A model generated the notes under the pieces. It searched no databases. It was not told where the DNA came from and saw nothing but the letters and a program-made list of their open reading frames with translations. Positions 37,266-46,872 of a stretch of DNA of 64,000 nucleotides are shown here, piece after piece. Within the stretch, counting starts at the first letter, position 1, and each line of letters begins with the position of its first letter. The position numbers and the translations under genes were made by a program. The DNA is from a virus, in IMG/VR virus record IMGVR_UViG_3300010885_026047, positions 1 to 64,000 of that record; one strand, given 5' to 3'.

Positions 37266-37413
37266 AACAGTAAGTCCCCAGCATATAGGTGCAGCTACAT
37301 ACCAGTCGAGAGTGGACGTATCCTATATGTGGGGAGTTTCTGTAGTTAGTAAATGTCATAAAACTGGTAATAGCTGCAGTGCTAAGGTACTACTTTTCTG
37401 TCAACTTTCCAAA
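37266..37413 (-). promoter_or_regulatory. Promoter plus structured leader of GIY-YIG gene 2
   Basis: TTTG-N20-TACCTTAG; inverted repeats 37276-89/37322-34 and 37290-306/37363-78. Confidence 0.7.
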
Positions 37414-37457
37414 CTTTATCCACTTACCGAACTGTTTCTCTATCTGAGGTGTTACTG

Positions 37458-37658
37458 TCATATCTTTTGTATCTGATAGTTTATGTCTTCAGGGGCTATC
37501 CTGTTTCCCCTGTTGTCTTTGTAGTATCCTTGCACTTTCCGGAACATCTCTCGCATCTCTTCTATTCTCTCTGTTACTTTCTTCTTACTTGTGTAAGTTC
37601 TGCAGAAGTCACACGGTATGTTGTCTGTACCGTTCCATATCCTGTACTTATAACTCAT
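37458..37658 (-). CDS. hypothetical protein (likely start MSYKYR)
   Basis: short ORF. Confidence 0.5.
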   Translation of the reverse strand: MSYKYRIWNGTDNIPCDFCRTYTSKKKVTERIEEMREMFRKVQGYYKDNRGNRIAPEDINYQIQKI

Positions 37659-37716
37659 ATCTGTTTGTTTTAAACTAACCACAAAACAGGAAGAGCTATG
37701 TCCTCCTGTTGCTTGT

Positions 37717-38406
37717 TTACCTTTGTTGTTTATACCTTTCCATGATCTGTACTACTGTTCTTGCCCAGTCAGAGCACTTGAACCATAGTTCACGCTCTTC
37801 TGCAGAAGTTGTGGGTAGATAGCTTTCTAACAGGAACTGTTTAGCAGTTACTGGTTGTCCGGGCATGATGTTTCTCCTTAACATAGCTGAGGGCATCAAT
37901 CTTTCGTAACCACTATCAGGTATAGCTGTCTTCTTGTACATCTTTCTGCAGAGTTCATCGGCATACTCGTTCCACCTCTTTCCTGCATGTCCTTCTGTCC
38001 ACATGTACTGTATGTGTGGGTTACAGCTTACGGCATCTTTCAACTTCTCCAGCAGATCACCGTTCTTGTTGGCTTCTTTACCCTTCTTAGCCATGATACT
38101 CTTATACACATACTGGCTATCTGTGTAGATAACCACCTGTTCCTGTGTAGTACTGTAGTCCAGTTCGAGATACTTTATAGCGTTTAACACACCCATGATC
38201 TCCATCCTGTTGTTAGTAGTACTTCTGAAGTGCTCTCCGTGTTCGTACAGGGCTTGTTCAGACTCCGTTATCACAAACGAGTACGTACCCGCACCTCCAG
38301 GGTTACGCATACAGCTACCATCTGTCCATACTCTCAGACAGGGTTTGTTTGGGTTAACCAGCACTTGTTTTGGCTCCCATTTCTTCTTGTTCTTTGTTAT
38401 CTGCAT
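37717..38406 (-). CDS. rnhA: Ribonuclease HI with C-terminal extension
   Basis: WTDGSC.RNPGG, TTNNRMEI, YTDSQY, W.EGHAG..WNEYADEL. Confidence 0.92.
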   Translation of the reverse strand: MQITKNKKKWEPKQVLVNPNKPCLRVWTDGSCMRNPGGAGTYSFVITESEQALYEHGEHFRSTTNNRMEIMGVLNAIKYLELDYSTTQEQVVIYTDSQYVYKSIMAKKGKEANKNGDLLEKLKDAVSCNPHIQYMWTEGHAGKRWNEYADELCRKMYKKTAIPDSGYERLMPSAMLRRNIMPGQPVTAKQFLLESYLPTTSAEERELWFKCSDWARTVVQIMERYKQQR

Positions 38407-38409
38407 ACT

Positions 38410-38850
38410 TTCGTTTTAACACTCATGCTTTGGTAACCTTCAGGAAGTTTGAGGGACAGACAAGCCCCCTACCCCCTGTTTTTCTGTCCTTTGGGAACTT
38501 GCCTCTCACCTGTACTTTTTTTGCTATACTTGCTCAGTATAACCCCCTATCAGCCATCGGTGCAGGTTCACACAAGCTTAGAAAGTGAGTGCCTGACTAT
38601 CTGAGAGTTTCATGGTGACATACATCACCCTCACATGTTTACTGTTTACGCTCTGTGAAGTAGCACCAGACTATCTACAATGAGAAAACCCCCATCTGAT
38701 GGAGACCCGGAAAGGTTATCAGTGGAGGAATTCCGGAGCACTTGTCTCCATCGTTTTTACCTTTATGTGTTTAAACTTGTACTCTCTATTGGGAACTTTC
38801 CGGGTCTCCTATAGTAACACAAAGGTACTATACCCATTTTTACTTTCCAA
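38410..38850 (-). ncRNA. Candidate structured leader/ncRNA with upstream promoter
   Basis: TTG-N20-TACCTTTG promoter (38820-50); 14-bp inverted repeat 38701-14/38796-809; several G-U hairpins on the minus strand; no convincing ORF. Confidence 0.5.
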
Positions 38851-38875
38851 TAGTTTTATCACATATTTCTTCTAC

Positions 38876-39625
38876 TTATGCAAGTTCCAGTTCTAACTTA
38901 CCGTACACGTTCTTCCGTACATCAGACAGGTTTAACTTGTTACTGATATACGTGTGTAACTTCAGGTGGTTCTTGATGTAGTTACCTGCATAACTCTCTT
39001 TGATCGCTTCTGTGGACCAGTTGTACAGGCTCCAGGCAGTTTTCTCACTGAAGACTTCGCTGTACCACATCTCTCTGCGTATGATCTCCAGTTGTGTGCT
39101 GTTTATCAGCTTTTCGTTCATATACATATCTCCTACAAGAGCAGCTATAGTCTGTTTAGACAGTTCCCGCTGCTTCATAGCCTCTTTTTCTGCTACCAGT
39201 TGTACATAACTTGTTTCTGCTTCTTCTATCACGTTAACCATCTGCTGACGGAGTTCCTGTAGAGCGTTTCCTGTGTGCTTTCTCTTGTACATGTTCTGTC
39301 CATGGCTATATGCCCCGTTAGAACAAACAAGCATGAGCATACCGCCATAGATACCCGCTTTCATCGTCTTGTTGTAGCTGTTGTGGAAACCTATAGCTAT
39401 CTGGCTCTCTTCTTCTACGTTGCTGATGATCCCATACTCCCCGGTTAGGATATGTCCGTTACTGGCAGAGAGATACTTCTTGCTACCTATAACCATGTTT
39501 TTCTTATCTAACTGTTCCTGTAGTTCTTCGATAAACACGTTATGTGGTATAACTGCGTATCTTCCCTCATATGTTGGCAGGTCTATACTCTGTAGAAACT
39601 GCTCGTTGTCTGTCCACTGTTTCAT
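38876..39625 (-). CDS. DUF932/DUF945-family protein (likely start MKQWTD)
   Basis: Y..IPH..FI, GFHNSYNK, LVCSNGA, RKHTG, TAWSLYN..TE. Confidence 0.75.
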   Translation of the reverse strand: MKQWTDNEQFLQSIDLPTYEGRYAVIPHNVFIEELQEQLDKKNMVIGSKKYLSASNGHILTGEYGIISNVEEESQIAIGFHNSYNKTMKAGIYGGMLMLVCSNGAYSHGQNMYKRKHTGNALQELRQQMVNVIEEAETSYVQLVAEKEAMKQRELSKQTIAALVGDMYMNEKLINSTQLEIIRREMWYSEVFSEKTAWSLYNWSTEAIKESYAGNYIKNHLKLHTYISNKLNLSDVRKNVYGKLELELA

Positions 39626-39645
39626 AACTTTTGTTGTTTTTGTTT

Positions 39646-39921
39646 TTACTTTACACTTATAACCCTGAAGTAGGCACACTCATACTTAACCATCAGGTCT
39701 TCTATCTCTGATATAGTCCCTTCCCACATCTCTTTACCCATCAACCTTTCTGTATCTGCTCTGATAGTTTCCGGGCTGTACATATGTTCCTGCAGGTCTG
39801 ACGTATCCATGTACTCATACGGTTCGTGCATCTCTAACCAAGACAACATATCTGTTGGTAACTGGTTACTGGAGATGTTCAAACAACTCACTTTGATATC
39901 ATCTGTATCTACTTGTATCAT
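39646..39921 (-). CDS. hypothetical protein
   Basis: 91 aa ORF. Confidence 0.55.
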   Translation of the reverse strand: MIQVDTDDIKVSCLNISSNQLPTDMLSWLEMHEPYEYMDTSDLQEHMYSPETIRADTERLMGKEMWEGTISEIEDLMVKYECAYFRVISVK

Positions 39922-40109
39922 ATCTCTGTAGTTTTATAGTCATCTATATCTACTATCTCACAGTTAGCTTGACACTTTATACACCACTGGTCGTCCTGAT
40001 CAGCTTCCCCTATACCATCACACTCTCCGGTGTTACAGTTTCTCCAAACCCGTTCCTGAACCTCTTTACTCCCACACTGGGAACATACCCATATAGTCTT
40101 ATCTATCAT
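39918..40109 (-). CDS. small Zn-ribbon protein
   Basis: CSQCGS...WCIKC. Confidence 0.6.
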   Translation of the reverse strand: MIDKTIWVCSQCGSKEVQERVWRNCNTGECDGIGEADQDDQWCIKCQANCEIVDIDDYKTTEI

Positions 40110-40369
40110 AAACCTTGTTCTTTTATCAGTTTGAAGATCTCATCTGCTGGTAGTTCTAACTGTTCTTCGTTGTCCAGGTAGAAGTCTACAGTCATACCTC
40201 GTTCTCTTGCATCTGCTTTAACTCTCTCACTACCACTTTTCTTGTCCTTCTCCAACACACTCTGTAGAGCTATAACACTTACAGTTACGTCTCCAGTTTC
40301 TGCAGAGTAGATATCTCTCACGGGATAACTCTTACCTTTGTACTTTATCGTTCTGACTAAGTTGCTCAT
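40106..40369 (-). CDS. hypothetical protein
   Basis: 87 aa, ATGA overlaps. Confidence 0.55.
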   Translation of the reverse strand: MSNLVRTIKYKGKSYPVRDIYSAETGDVTVSVIALQSVLEKDKKSGSERVKADARERGMTVDFYLDNEEQLELPADEIFKLIKEQGL

Positions 40370-40608
40370 AGCATCTCTTTTACTTTTTCTATAGACTCTC
40401 TATCTACGTGGATACTTTCTTTCTCATCTACTTCATACCATGTGAGAGACACTTGTTGTTGTCCACCATACTCTCTTTTGTCTATCATGATCTGGGCTTT
40501 TAAAGCACACTGATCTACTATATCTTCAGACCATCGCTTTAACGAGTTATAAGTAGCATACCAGTCTTTATCTTCTACTTCGTTTGTTATCTCTGTTACT
40601 GTCTTCAT
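40366..40608 (-). CDS. hypothetical protein
   Basis: 80 aa, ATGA overlaps. Confidence 0.55.
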   Translation of the reverse strand: MKTVTEITNEVEDKDWYATYNSLKRWSEDIVDQCALKAQIMIDKREYGGQQQVSLTWYEVDEKESIHVDRESIEKVKEML

Positions 40609-41600
40609 ATCACTTGCTTTTCCTGTAAAAAACTCTTTATGTTCTCAGCATGTCCATCTAACTTATACCAGTCGCTCCAGTCCTTAACCCCTTTCTCCAG
40701 TAGATATCTTGGTGTGTTTACGTATTTGTAACCATAGCTGTCACATATCTTCTTGCAGTTACGAACACCAGTATCATCTGCGTCAAAAGAAACTCGTATA
40801 TCCTTACCTTCCAACCGTTTTATCAGATCTGGTGTTATACCTGAAGTTCCTTCGTTCTGACTGTTGATAACCCATATATCTTCAGGTAACAAGTTGGACA
40901 ACGTGAGACGATCCTTACGGCTTTTTGTCAACACAACTTTTGGGTGACCGTTCAGACCTTCCAGGTTCTCTATCTTGCTGCAAGAAACGTTTGTCTTCCA
41001 CCTACCTTCCTGACGTGTTCTATCTGGCATGTACATCTTGAAAAGGTCTCCCTCAAACCTATACGCAAACACGTTTTCCCCTGACTTTATCTCTTGTCTT
41101 TTCCTGTTGAGAAACCACTCTGAGACGTTGTGTATATCCTCTTTCTGCAGTTGTTGTTGGTCTATCCCATACGCTTCCCAGTACTGTAGAGCTTTCTTTG
41201 TCCACTTAGCTGCTGTAACGTGTATCAGTGTGTCTTGTTTCTCTATAACCGGCTGTTGGTAGCTACTGACTATCTTGTTATACTGCAGACCATCTGCTAC
41301 CAGTAGACCAAAGTCCTGTGCTATCTTCTGAAGAGCTTGCGGATAGGTTAGACCGTACATCTTCTGTACCATATCTACAGGACCTCCTTTCTCATCAGTG
41401 CTATAGTCTCTCCAGTATAACCTTCCTGAAGTACTTGTACCTACCGAAAACGAAGGAGAACGATCACGTCTGAAAGGGCTTTTCATAACCGTGTTTAGCC
41501 GGAACTCCTGCAGGTACATGTGATATATATCAAACTCACTTAACTTACTGCTAACCAATTCCTTCAGGTCCGGTTTGGGACTTGCTACTTTTATCGTCAT
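40605..41600 (-). CDS. DNA primase (crAss-like, TOPRIM)
   Basis: SPFRRDRSPSF, TKSRKDRL, SFDADDTG, KDWSDW. Confidence 0.85.
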   Translation of the reverse strand: MTIKVASPKPDLKELVSSKLSEFDIYHMYLQEFRLNTVMKSPFRRDRSPSFSVGTSTSGRLYWRDYSTDEKGGPVDMVQKMYGLTYPQALQKIAQDFGLLVADGLQYNKIVSSYQQPVIEKQDTLIHVTAAKWTKKALQYWEAYGIDQQQLQKEDIHNVSEWFLNRKRQEIKSGENVFAYRFEGDLFKMYMPDRTRQEGRWKTNVSCSKIENLEGLNGHPKVVLTKSRKDRLTLSNLLPEDIWVINSQNEGTSGITPDLIKRLEGKDIRVSFDADDTGVRNCKKICDSYGYKYVNTPRYLLEKGVKDWSDWYKLDGHAENIKSFLQEKQVI

Positions 41601-41856
41601 AACCTGTAGGTTTTTGAAAAGATAAACAAAGTTCTCGATACTGATCTACCAAAGCCCAAAAGTTCCCTGCAAAATGGTCAGATATCTCCTTTATGATCTC
41701 CACTTGTCCTGTAACCGGATCACGTATAGTAGATAAGTTGTATAGCTCCGTTTCTGGCACTTTATCTTCTACTTCTCGTTTCCACTGATCTTTTGCAAGA
41801 CATCTCGACAAAGCCTCAACATCTACTTCTATCCACTCTTGTTTTTCATCTGCCAT
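41551..41856 (-). CDS. hypothetical protein
   Basis: 101 aa ORF. Confidence 0.55.
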   Translation of the reverse strand: MADEKQEWIEVDVEALSRCLAKDQWKREVEDKVPETELYNLSTIRDPVTGQVEIIKEISDHFAGNFWALVDQYRELCLSFQKPTGYDDKSSKSQTGPEGIG

Positions 41857-41875
41857 CCTATCTGTTGTTTTGTTA

Positions 41876-42245
41876 CTACATCAGTCTTTTTACTATCTCT
41901 TCACACTCACTTAAAACTATCTGGTGTTTTGCTACAACACTTCTTATTTCTTGTAACTGTTTTAAGATACTTTCTTCTGGTGTAGTTGCATTATTATCTA
42001 TAGACCATATCCCTGCTCCAGTAAACCAGTTATCATCATCAGACACTAAACAGCTATACCTTTTTGCTTCATACTGACTAACTGCTATATGTCCACAGTA
42101 AACAGTGAAGTGCCATCCTAAGTTTTCATCTACTCTTATCTTCCACTTACTACCTGTAGACTTGTTTAACCTTGCTTGTAGCTTTTTAGCTCTTTCAGTA
42201 GCACTTTCTTTTGTCATCTTGTTATACCAATCTCCTATTCCCATA
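41876..42245 (-). CDS. hypothetical protein
   Basis: ORF; start uncertain. Confidence 0.5.
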
Positions 42246-42350
42246 TCTTCTTTGTTTTTAACACACTTCAAAGAGCTACACAGACAGCTTCGGACATCCC
42301 TTTCTCCAGCTATCTGTGTAACTCCCTTTAGTTGTGTATCGGTTTGTTTG

Positions 42351-42569
42351 TTAGAAACCTTGTAAGTCTTCGTATCTTTCTCCTTCTCTCCAAGCTTCTA
42401 GTACTTCGTCAGCATCTACTTCTATATCGTCCACTACATCTTCTACATAGTACTTTTCTAACCCCATATCTCTACTAAACAACCACTGTTCTACCTGCCT
42501 GAGAGTATCACATCGGTAGACTATCTGACCTTGGTACTCTCTGATCCTAAACTTTTGTACTTCTGCCAT
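42351..42569 (-). CDS. hypothetical protein
   Basis: 72 aa ORF. Confidence 0.55.
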   Translation of the reverse strand: MAEVQKFRIREYQGQIVYRCDTLRQVEQWLFSRDMGLEKYYVEDVVDDIEVDADEVLEAWREGERYEDLQGF

Positions 42570-42571
42570 AT

Positions 42572-43183
42572 CTATAGTTGTTGTATAGCCGTTATAGCTA
42601 AGTTCTTAGTTGTTTCTATCTCCTTTTGGAACCCTATCAGAACTTCTCTGGCAGCTTTACCTATGTTAGCCGGAAACCCATCACCGTCTACAGAGATACC
42701 GTTCAGGTACTCTATACACAGTATCTGCTCTTTTAACCTCTCCACTATCTCCACAGCACTCATAGCTTTACCACTACTCTTTACTACTGTAGTGTTTCGT
42801 GGTTGACGTTTCTTGGTAGGGTTTGAGTTTACATGATCTACTAACCTGTCCTGAAGAGACTTTTCTACTTTTGGACCTGGTTCTGGTACAAGTGTTTCAA
42901 CACCTATCTTTATGTTTTCAGCTATCTGATCACCTTCAGATACATCTTTCAGAGACTTCTCATAGTTCCCTATCTGTTCCATTAAGTACTCTGTTTCTTC
43001 TGAAGTACACAGGTTACTCCTATTCAGATAGCTCTGTACCAGTTTCAGATCTTTGTTCAGGTTCCACATTTTTACCACTTCACCTACTACATCTTCGTTA
43101 ACATCGTCTATATGCATCACCAGACGATCTTCACTGTCTTTTATCGCTTTACTGCTCTTTTCGTAACTCCAAAGTGTTCTCAT
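42572..43183 (-). CDS. hypothetical protein
   Basis: 203 aa ORF. Confidence 0.6.
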   Translation of the reverse strand: MRTLWSYEKSSKAIKDSEDRLVMHIDDVNEDVVGEVVKMWNLNKDLKLVQSYLNRSNLCTSEETEYLMEQIGNYEKSLKDVSEGDQIAENIKIGVETLVPEPGPKVEKSLQDRLVDHVNSNPTKKRQPRNTTVVKSSGKAMSAVEIVERLKEQILCIEYLNGISVDGDGFPANIGKAAREVLIGFQKEIETTKNLAITAIQQL

Positions 43184-43188
43184 GTCTT

Positions 43189-43464
43189 TTACTTGTTTGT
43201 TTTGTTGTTAACTTGTTCTCTGAACTCTCTATACTCTGGGTACTCCCAACAATCACCATCTTCTATTTCACCATCACACTCTTGCCACTTATCAGCAAGA
43301 AACAGGTTACACGGCATACACCAGTATGTGCTCTGAAAGTCTCCATCCATCTTTCCTACAGTTTTCTGCATCTCTGTACCTAATGGATACTTTATAGAGC
43401 ATCCTGGACATCTGTGTTCTTTTCTTGTCAGCACTTTTCTACTACTGAGTTGTTCGTATCCCAT
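43189..43464 (-). CDS. Zn-finger protein
   Basis: RKEHRCPGC...CMPC. Confidence 0.65.
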   Translation of the reverse strand: MGYEQLSSRKVLTRKEHRCPGCSIKYPLGTEMQKTVGKMDGDFQSTYWCMPCNLFLADKWQECDGEIEDGDCWEYPEYREFREQVNNKTNK

Positions 43465-43466
43465 AG

Positions 43467-44447
43467 CTAGTAGTTCATATCAACTAGTGGAGCATCACTG
43501 TCTGTAGCTGGTGAGAAAGTACTGCTGCCAGCCTGGATAAACTTATCAGCTTCAAAAACGTGCAACGGAGAGAACTCCCACATGTGTTTGTTCCTCTTCA
43601 CAGAGCTATAGAACTGGTACATATCTTTCAACTTCCAGCTACCTTTACCCTTTGGAGCTACATCGAACTTACCCCAACTGTTACTACTGCTGTTGATGTT
43701 CACATCTTTGATCTTCCAACCCGGTAACCATGCACCATCTACACAGTTGTTGTTGTACTGTACACCGTTCTCTGCGTCTTTAGCTTCTACATAGACCATA
43801 AACACCAAGTCCTGGAAAGTATCTGTACCTATATACATAGCTATATCCTTAACTTTTCCACGGAGTAGATCAGCAAGTTTTATAAACAGGTTCGTGTCCT
43901 GATCTGCCTGGAACCAATCTTGTGTTACTAAGTGCCTCAACATACCGTAGAGAGAGGTTTCTCCTTTGTAAGCCTGACGATATATCAACTTGACAGGTTC
44001 TCCATTTTCTCCGATCACATCTTCCCACTCTTTGCTTTCTTCGTTCTGTTTCTGCATATGTGTGAAGGACCTGAAGAGGTTTTCTTCTTTGTCTACAAGT
44101 TGTGTTTGACCCCACTGGTTTAGCCACCAGCAACGTTTCACTTTCTCTCCGGGGTTTTTCTTGTCATCAGCTTCAAACTCAGCCAACTCATCAGAGATAA
44201 AGATACCATACTCTACATACTTCTTTGTCAGCTCATCCTGAAAGACAAAACATAGACGTGTCCAGTCTTTACCGTCTTTCTCACCGGTATATGCGATTTC
44301 CTTTTCATCGGCTTTATCTGCCCATCCATAGAGCTCTTTCTTCTTGGCCAGATCGGGATTCACACATATGAGTGGCCCTTTTCCGTATCCTATGAGTTTC
44401 TCTGATGTACCTGTTCCTGCTTTTTTCTCACTCGGTTTTACGTTCAT
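43467..44447 (-). CDS. putative single-stranded DNA-binding protein (crAss-like)
   Basis: VNP...YTGEKDG...NQWGQT...RQAYKGE..LY; position between AAA ATPase and primase; acidic tail. Confidence 0.55.
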   Translation of the reverse strand: MNVKPSEKKAGTGTSEKLIGYGKGPLICVNPDLAKKKELYGWADKADEKEIAYTGEKDGKDWTRLCFVFQDELTKKYVEYGIFISDELAEFEADDKKNPGEKVKRCWWLNQWGQTQLVDKEENLFRSFTHMQKQNEESKEWEDVIGENGEPVKLIYRQAYKGETSLYGMLRHLVTQDWFQADQDTNLFIKLADLLRGKVKDIAMYIGTDTFQDLVFMVYVEAKDAENGVQYNNNCVDGAWLPGWKIKDVNINSSSNSWGKFDVAPKGKGSWKLKDMYQFYSSVKRNKHMWEFSPLHVFEADKFIQAGSSTFSPATDSDAPLVDMNY

Positions 44448-44462
44448 GTTGTTTGTTTTTCG

Positions 44463-45299
44463 TTATTTGTTTGTAGTTTGCTTTTCTTCTTGTATGAACA
44501 CTTTTGCCCAGTCTAATTCTCCTGTATACCCTAACAGATGAGTAGCTCTCATACCACCTATCTTGTCACTATTACCTACGAATGACACCATCATCTTCCC
44601 GTTCTCATTCCACACATTACCTATGGCATCACAGAGCCTGGGGATCATGTCCCTGACTTTTCCTGTAAGGGCGAGATCTTTGATCATTACCTGTTCACCA
44701 TTCTTTTCTGCTATCATCTTATCTGCTACATGGCACACGAATATTGTACATATCTTGCCTAGATCCTTCAGTGTGTTGAATATATCCATGATGGCATCCC
44801 TAGAATACCTGTAGCCGTAACCCTGCCCGAGAGTCAATACACTCTCATATTCCTGATCTGTAGGTTTCAGCATTGTGGTCTTCTGTGTGATAGGGTCTTT
44901 GATCACTTTCCCATCTGCATCACATACCCGGTTGAAGTTCTTACCAGCTACACTATTCATGTAGTTCCAGGTACCTACCCATTCGCTGTCTATATCCAAC
45001 TGGCTGAATGTATCTATGGCTACATAGTCATATGGCCTACCCTGTGCTTTGATCTCTGCTGCCAGTTCTTTCAACCACTTGAACCTTCCTACTGGTCCTA
45101 GTGTCTCTGGTACTTGCATCACTATACCGTTGATGAAGGCACTTCCATTTTCTGTGTCAATAATAAGGCAATTCTGGAGAGCTGATAATGCAGTGGTCTT
45201 TCCTACTTTGCTTTTCCCGTACAGAGTCATTGACCTTGCATTCACAGCAGTTGCTTTTCTTGGTGCTGTAGGTAACACTATACCCTTCTTCTCTTCCAT
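44463..45299 (-). CDS. AAA_24/Sak4-like P-loop ATPase
   Basis: LYGKSKVGKTT, IIDTENGS, VAIDT, FVCHV. Confidence 0.85.
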   Translation of the reverse strand: MEEKKGIVLPTAPRKATAVNARSMTLYGKSKVGKTTALSALQNCLIIDTENGSAFINGIVMQVPETLGPVGRFKWLKELAAEIKAQGRPYDYVAIDTFSQLDIDSEWVGTWNYMNSVAGKNFNRVCDADGKVIKDPITQKTTMLKPTDQEYESVLTLGQGYGYRYSRDAIMDIFNTLKDLGKICTIFVCHVADKMIAEKNGEQVMIKDLALTGKVRDMIPRLCDAIGNVWNENGKMMVSFVGNSDKIGGMRATHLLGYTGELDWAKVFIQEEKQTTNK

Positions 45300-45317
45300 A
45301 TGTTGTGTTCTATTGGT

Positions 45318-45518
45318 TTACTTGTTCTTCTTATCTGTGATTGCTATGAATGTTTTCCATCGTTCTGCATCTAGCTCATACTCTTCCTGTGCAGCTTTGT
45401 ATCCTGCTATCCAGCTATCCTGTATCTGTGTTATTGAGTGTACACCATCTCCATCTCCGAGGTCTTCTACATCTTTGCTGTAGTTCTCTGCTTCCTGTTG
45501 TACTTCTTCTTTTGTCAT
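45318..45518 (-). CDS. hypothetical protein
   Basis: 66 aa ORF. Confidence 0.5.
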   Translation of the reverse strand: MTKEEVQQEAENYSKDVEDLGDGDGVHSITQIQDSWIAGYKAAQEEYELDAERWKTFIAITDKKNK

Positions 45519-45659
45519 ATCTGTTGTTTTAACTCGTCTACTATGAGGTGTACCAGCACTTCCTGTGAGAAGGTAACCGTAAATACTCTTCGTGACTTAT
45601 CACATGTTTCATACCCATATCCATAATAGGTAATCTCATTGCTATCAAATAGTGCTTTC

Positions 45660-46868
45660 TCATGTTGTTGCTTGTTTTACTTGTTCTAATACAGCTTCTC
45701 TGTTCCCAAAACCTTTAAACGGCTTACTCTGCAGTATATTTCGTTCTTCCCTCTCTATATCTGTTGGGAGAAAGTACCTGCCACTAGTAACCTCTTCATA
45801 GATGCTCTCTGGTATCTCGTTTGACCTGGCCAGGGTACGTAGTATCCCATATACAGGCTGTATAGCCATGGGAAAGTTCATACCGGTACTATCGAATGAG
45901 TTCTTCAGGATGTACAATGCTCTATAGTAGGTACGGAACCACTTGTCCTTCAACCTTTTCAGGTCATATCCATTATGAGGTTCTCTCTCTGATACACTGT
46001 GGTTGTATGGGTTGAACAGTGCCAACACTACATCTGCATCCCTTGCTGTCTGAGAGCTGTCTGCGAAGTCACTGAGCTTTGGTTGTAACTCACCTAGCTT
46101 CTGCCTGGACACATCAGACATGCCTCTGGATAACTGTTGTACTATCACCGGACTGAACCCGTATATATCCCTGGCCTCTCTCATTGTTCTACTGAACTTG
46201 TCCACCAATGTCTTCGTCTTTCCATCACCTTCTGGTGCCAGTATCCCCGAGTTGTCACCTATCACCAGCACTATATGGTTCAGATGATTCGGCACATAGG
46301 TTCTGCTGGCCAGGATGTTGTCCATACTGCTATCTGACTTATCCTTGTCATGTATAGTGCCATGTTTTCTGGCAAACGCTTCCAGATACTTACTGATACC
46401 TGTAGGGTTCTTGCTACCTGAGTGACATATCAACAGGTCTTCTGCTTCCCATTCATCCAGCACTGCATAGTACTTCTTGACCAGAGCATACTCACTATCC
46501 GATAACTGATCGTTCTCCCTCCTGCCCAGTATCTTCTTCGGTGATATGTCTGTACCTGTATCCTCGAAGATCAACCTACTCAACCATCTGGCCGTGTAAT
46601 TGTGTTGAGCCCTCTCCATGAAGAAGCAGATAACCGATAACTTCATGTTCTCTGGCTTGTTCTGCAGATACCATTTTATCGGATTGATCACGAACAGGTC
46701 ACTAGCCAGAGTTGTCTTACCATCTCCGGTCTCACCCCCAACTACATAGAGTGTGTTTCTGGCTATGTCTATATAGTTACCTATACGTTCATATGCTACC
46801 GGTATCACACCTACCTTACCATTCCTACCATTCTGTATCTCCTTGTCCAACTCTGTAGCTAGGCTCAT
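45660..46868 (-). CDS. DnaB-like replicative helicase
   Basis: VGGETGDGKTT, FFMER, VQQLSR, DFADSS...DADVVLALFNP. Confidence 0.85.
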   Translation of the reverse strand: MSLATELDKEIQNGRNGKVGVIPVAYERIGNYIDIARNTLYVVGGETGDGKTTLASDLFVINPIKWYLQNKPENMKLSVICFFMERAQHNYTARWLSRLIFEDTGTDISPKKILGRRENDQLSDSEYALVKKYYAVLDEWEAEDLLICHSGSKNPTGISKYLEAFARKHGTIHDKDKSDSSMDNILASRTYVPNHLNHIVLVIGDNSGILAPEGDGKTKTLVDKFSRTMREARDIYGFSPVIVQQLSRGMSDVSRQKLGELQPKLSDFADSSQTARDADVVLALFNPYNHSVSEREPHNGYDLKRLKDKWFRTYYRALYILKNSFDSTGMNFPMAIQPVYGILRTLARSNEIPESIYEEVTSGRYFLPTDIEREERNILQSKPFKGFGNREAVLEQVKQATT

Positions 46869-46872
46869 AGTT

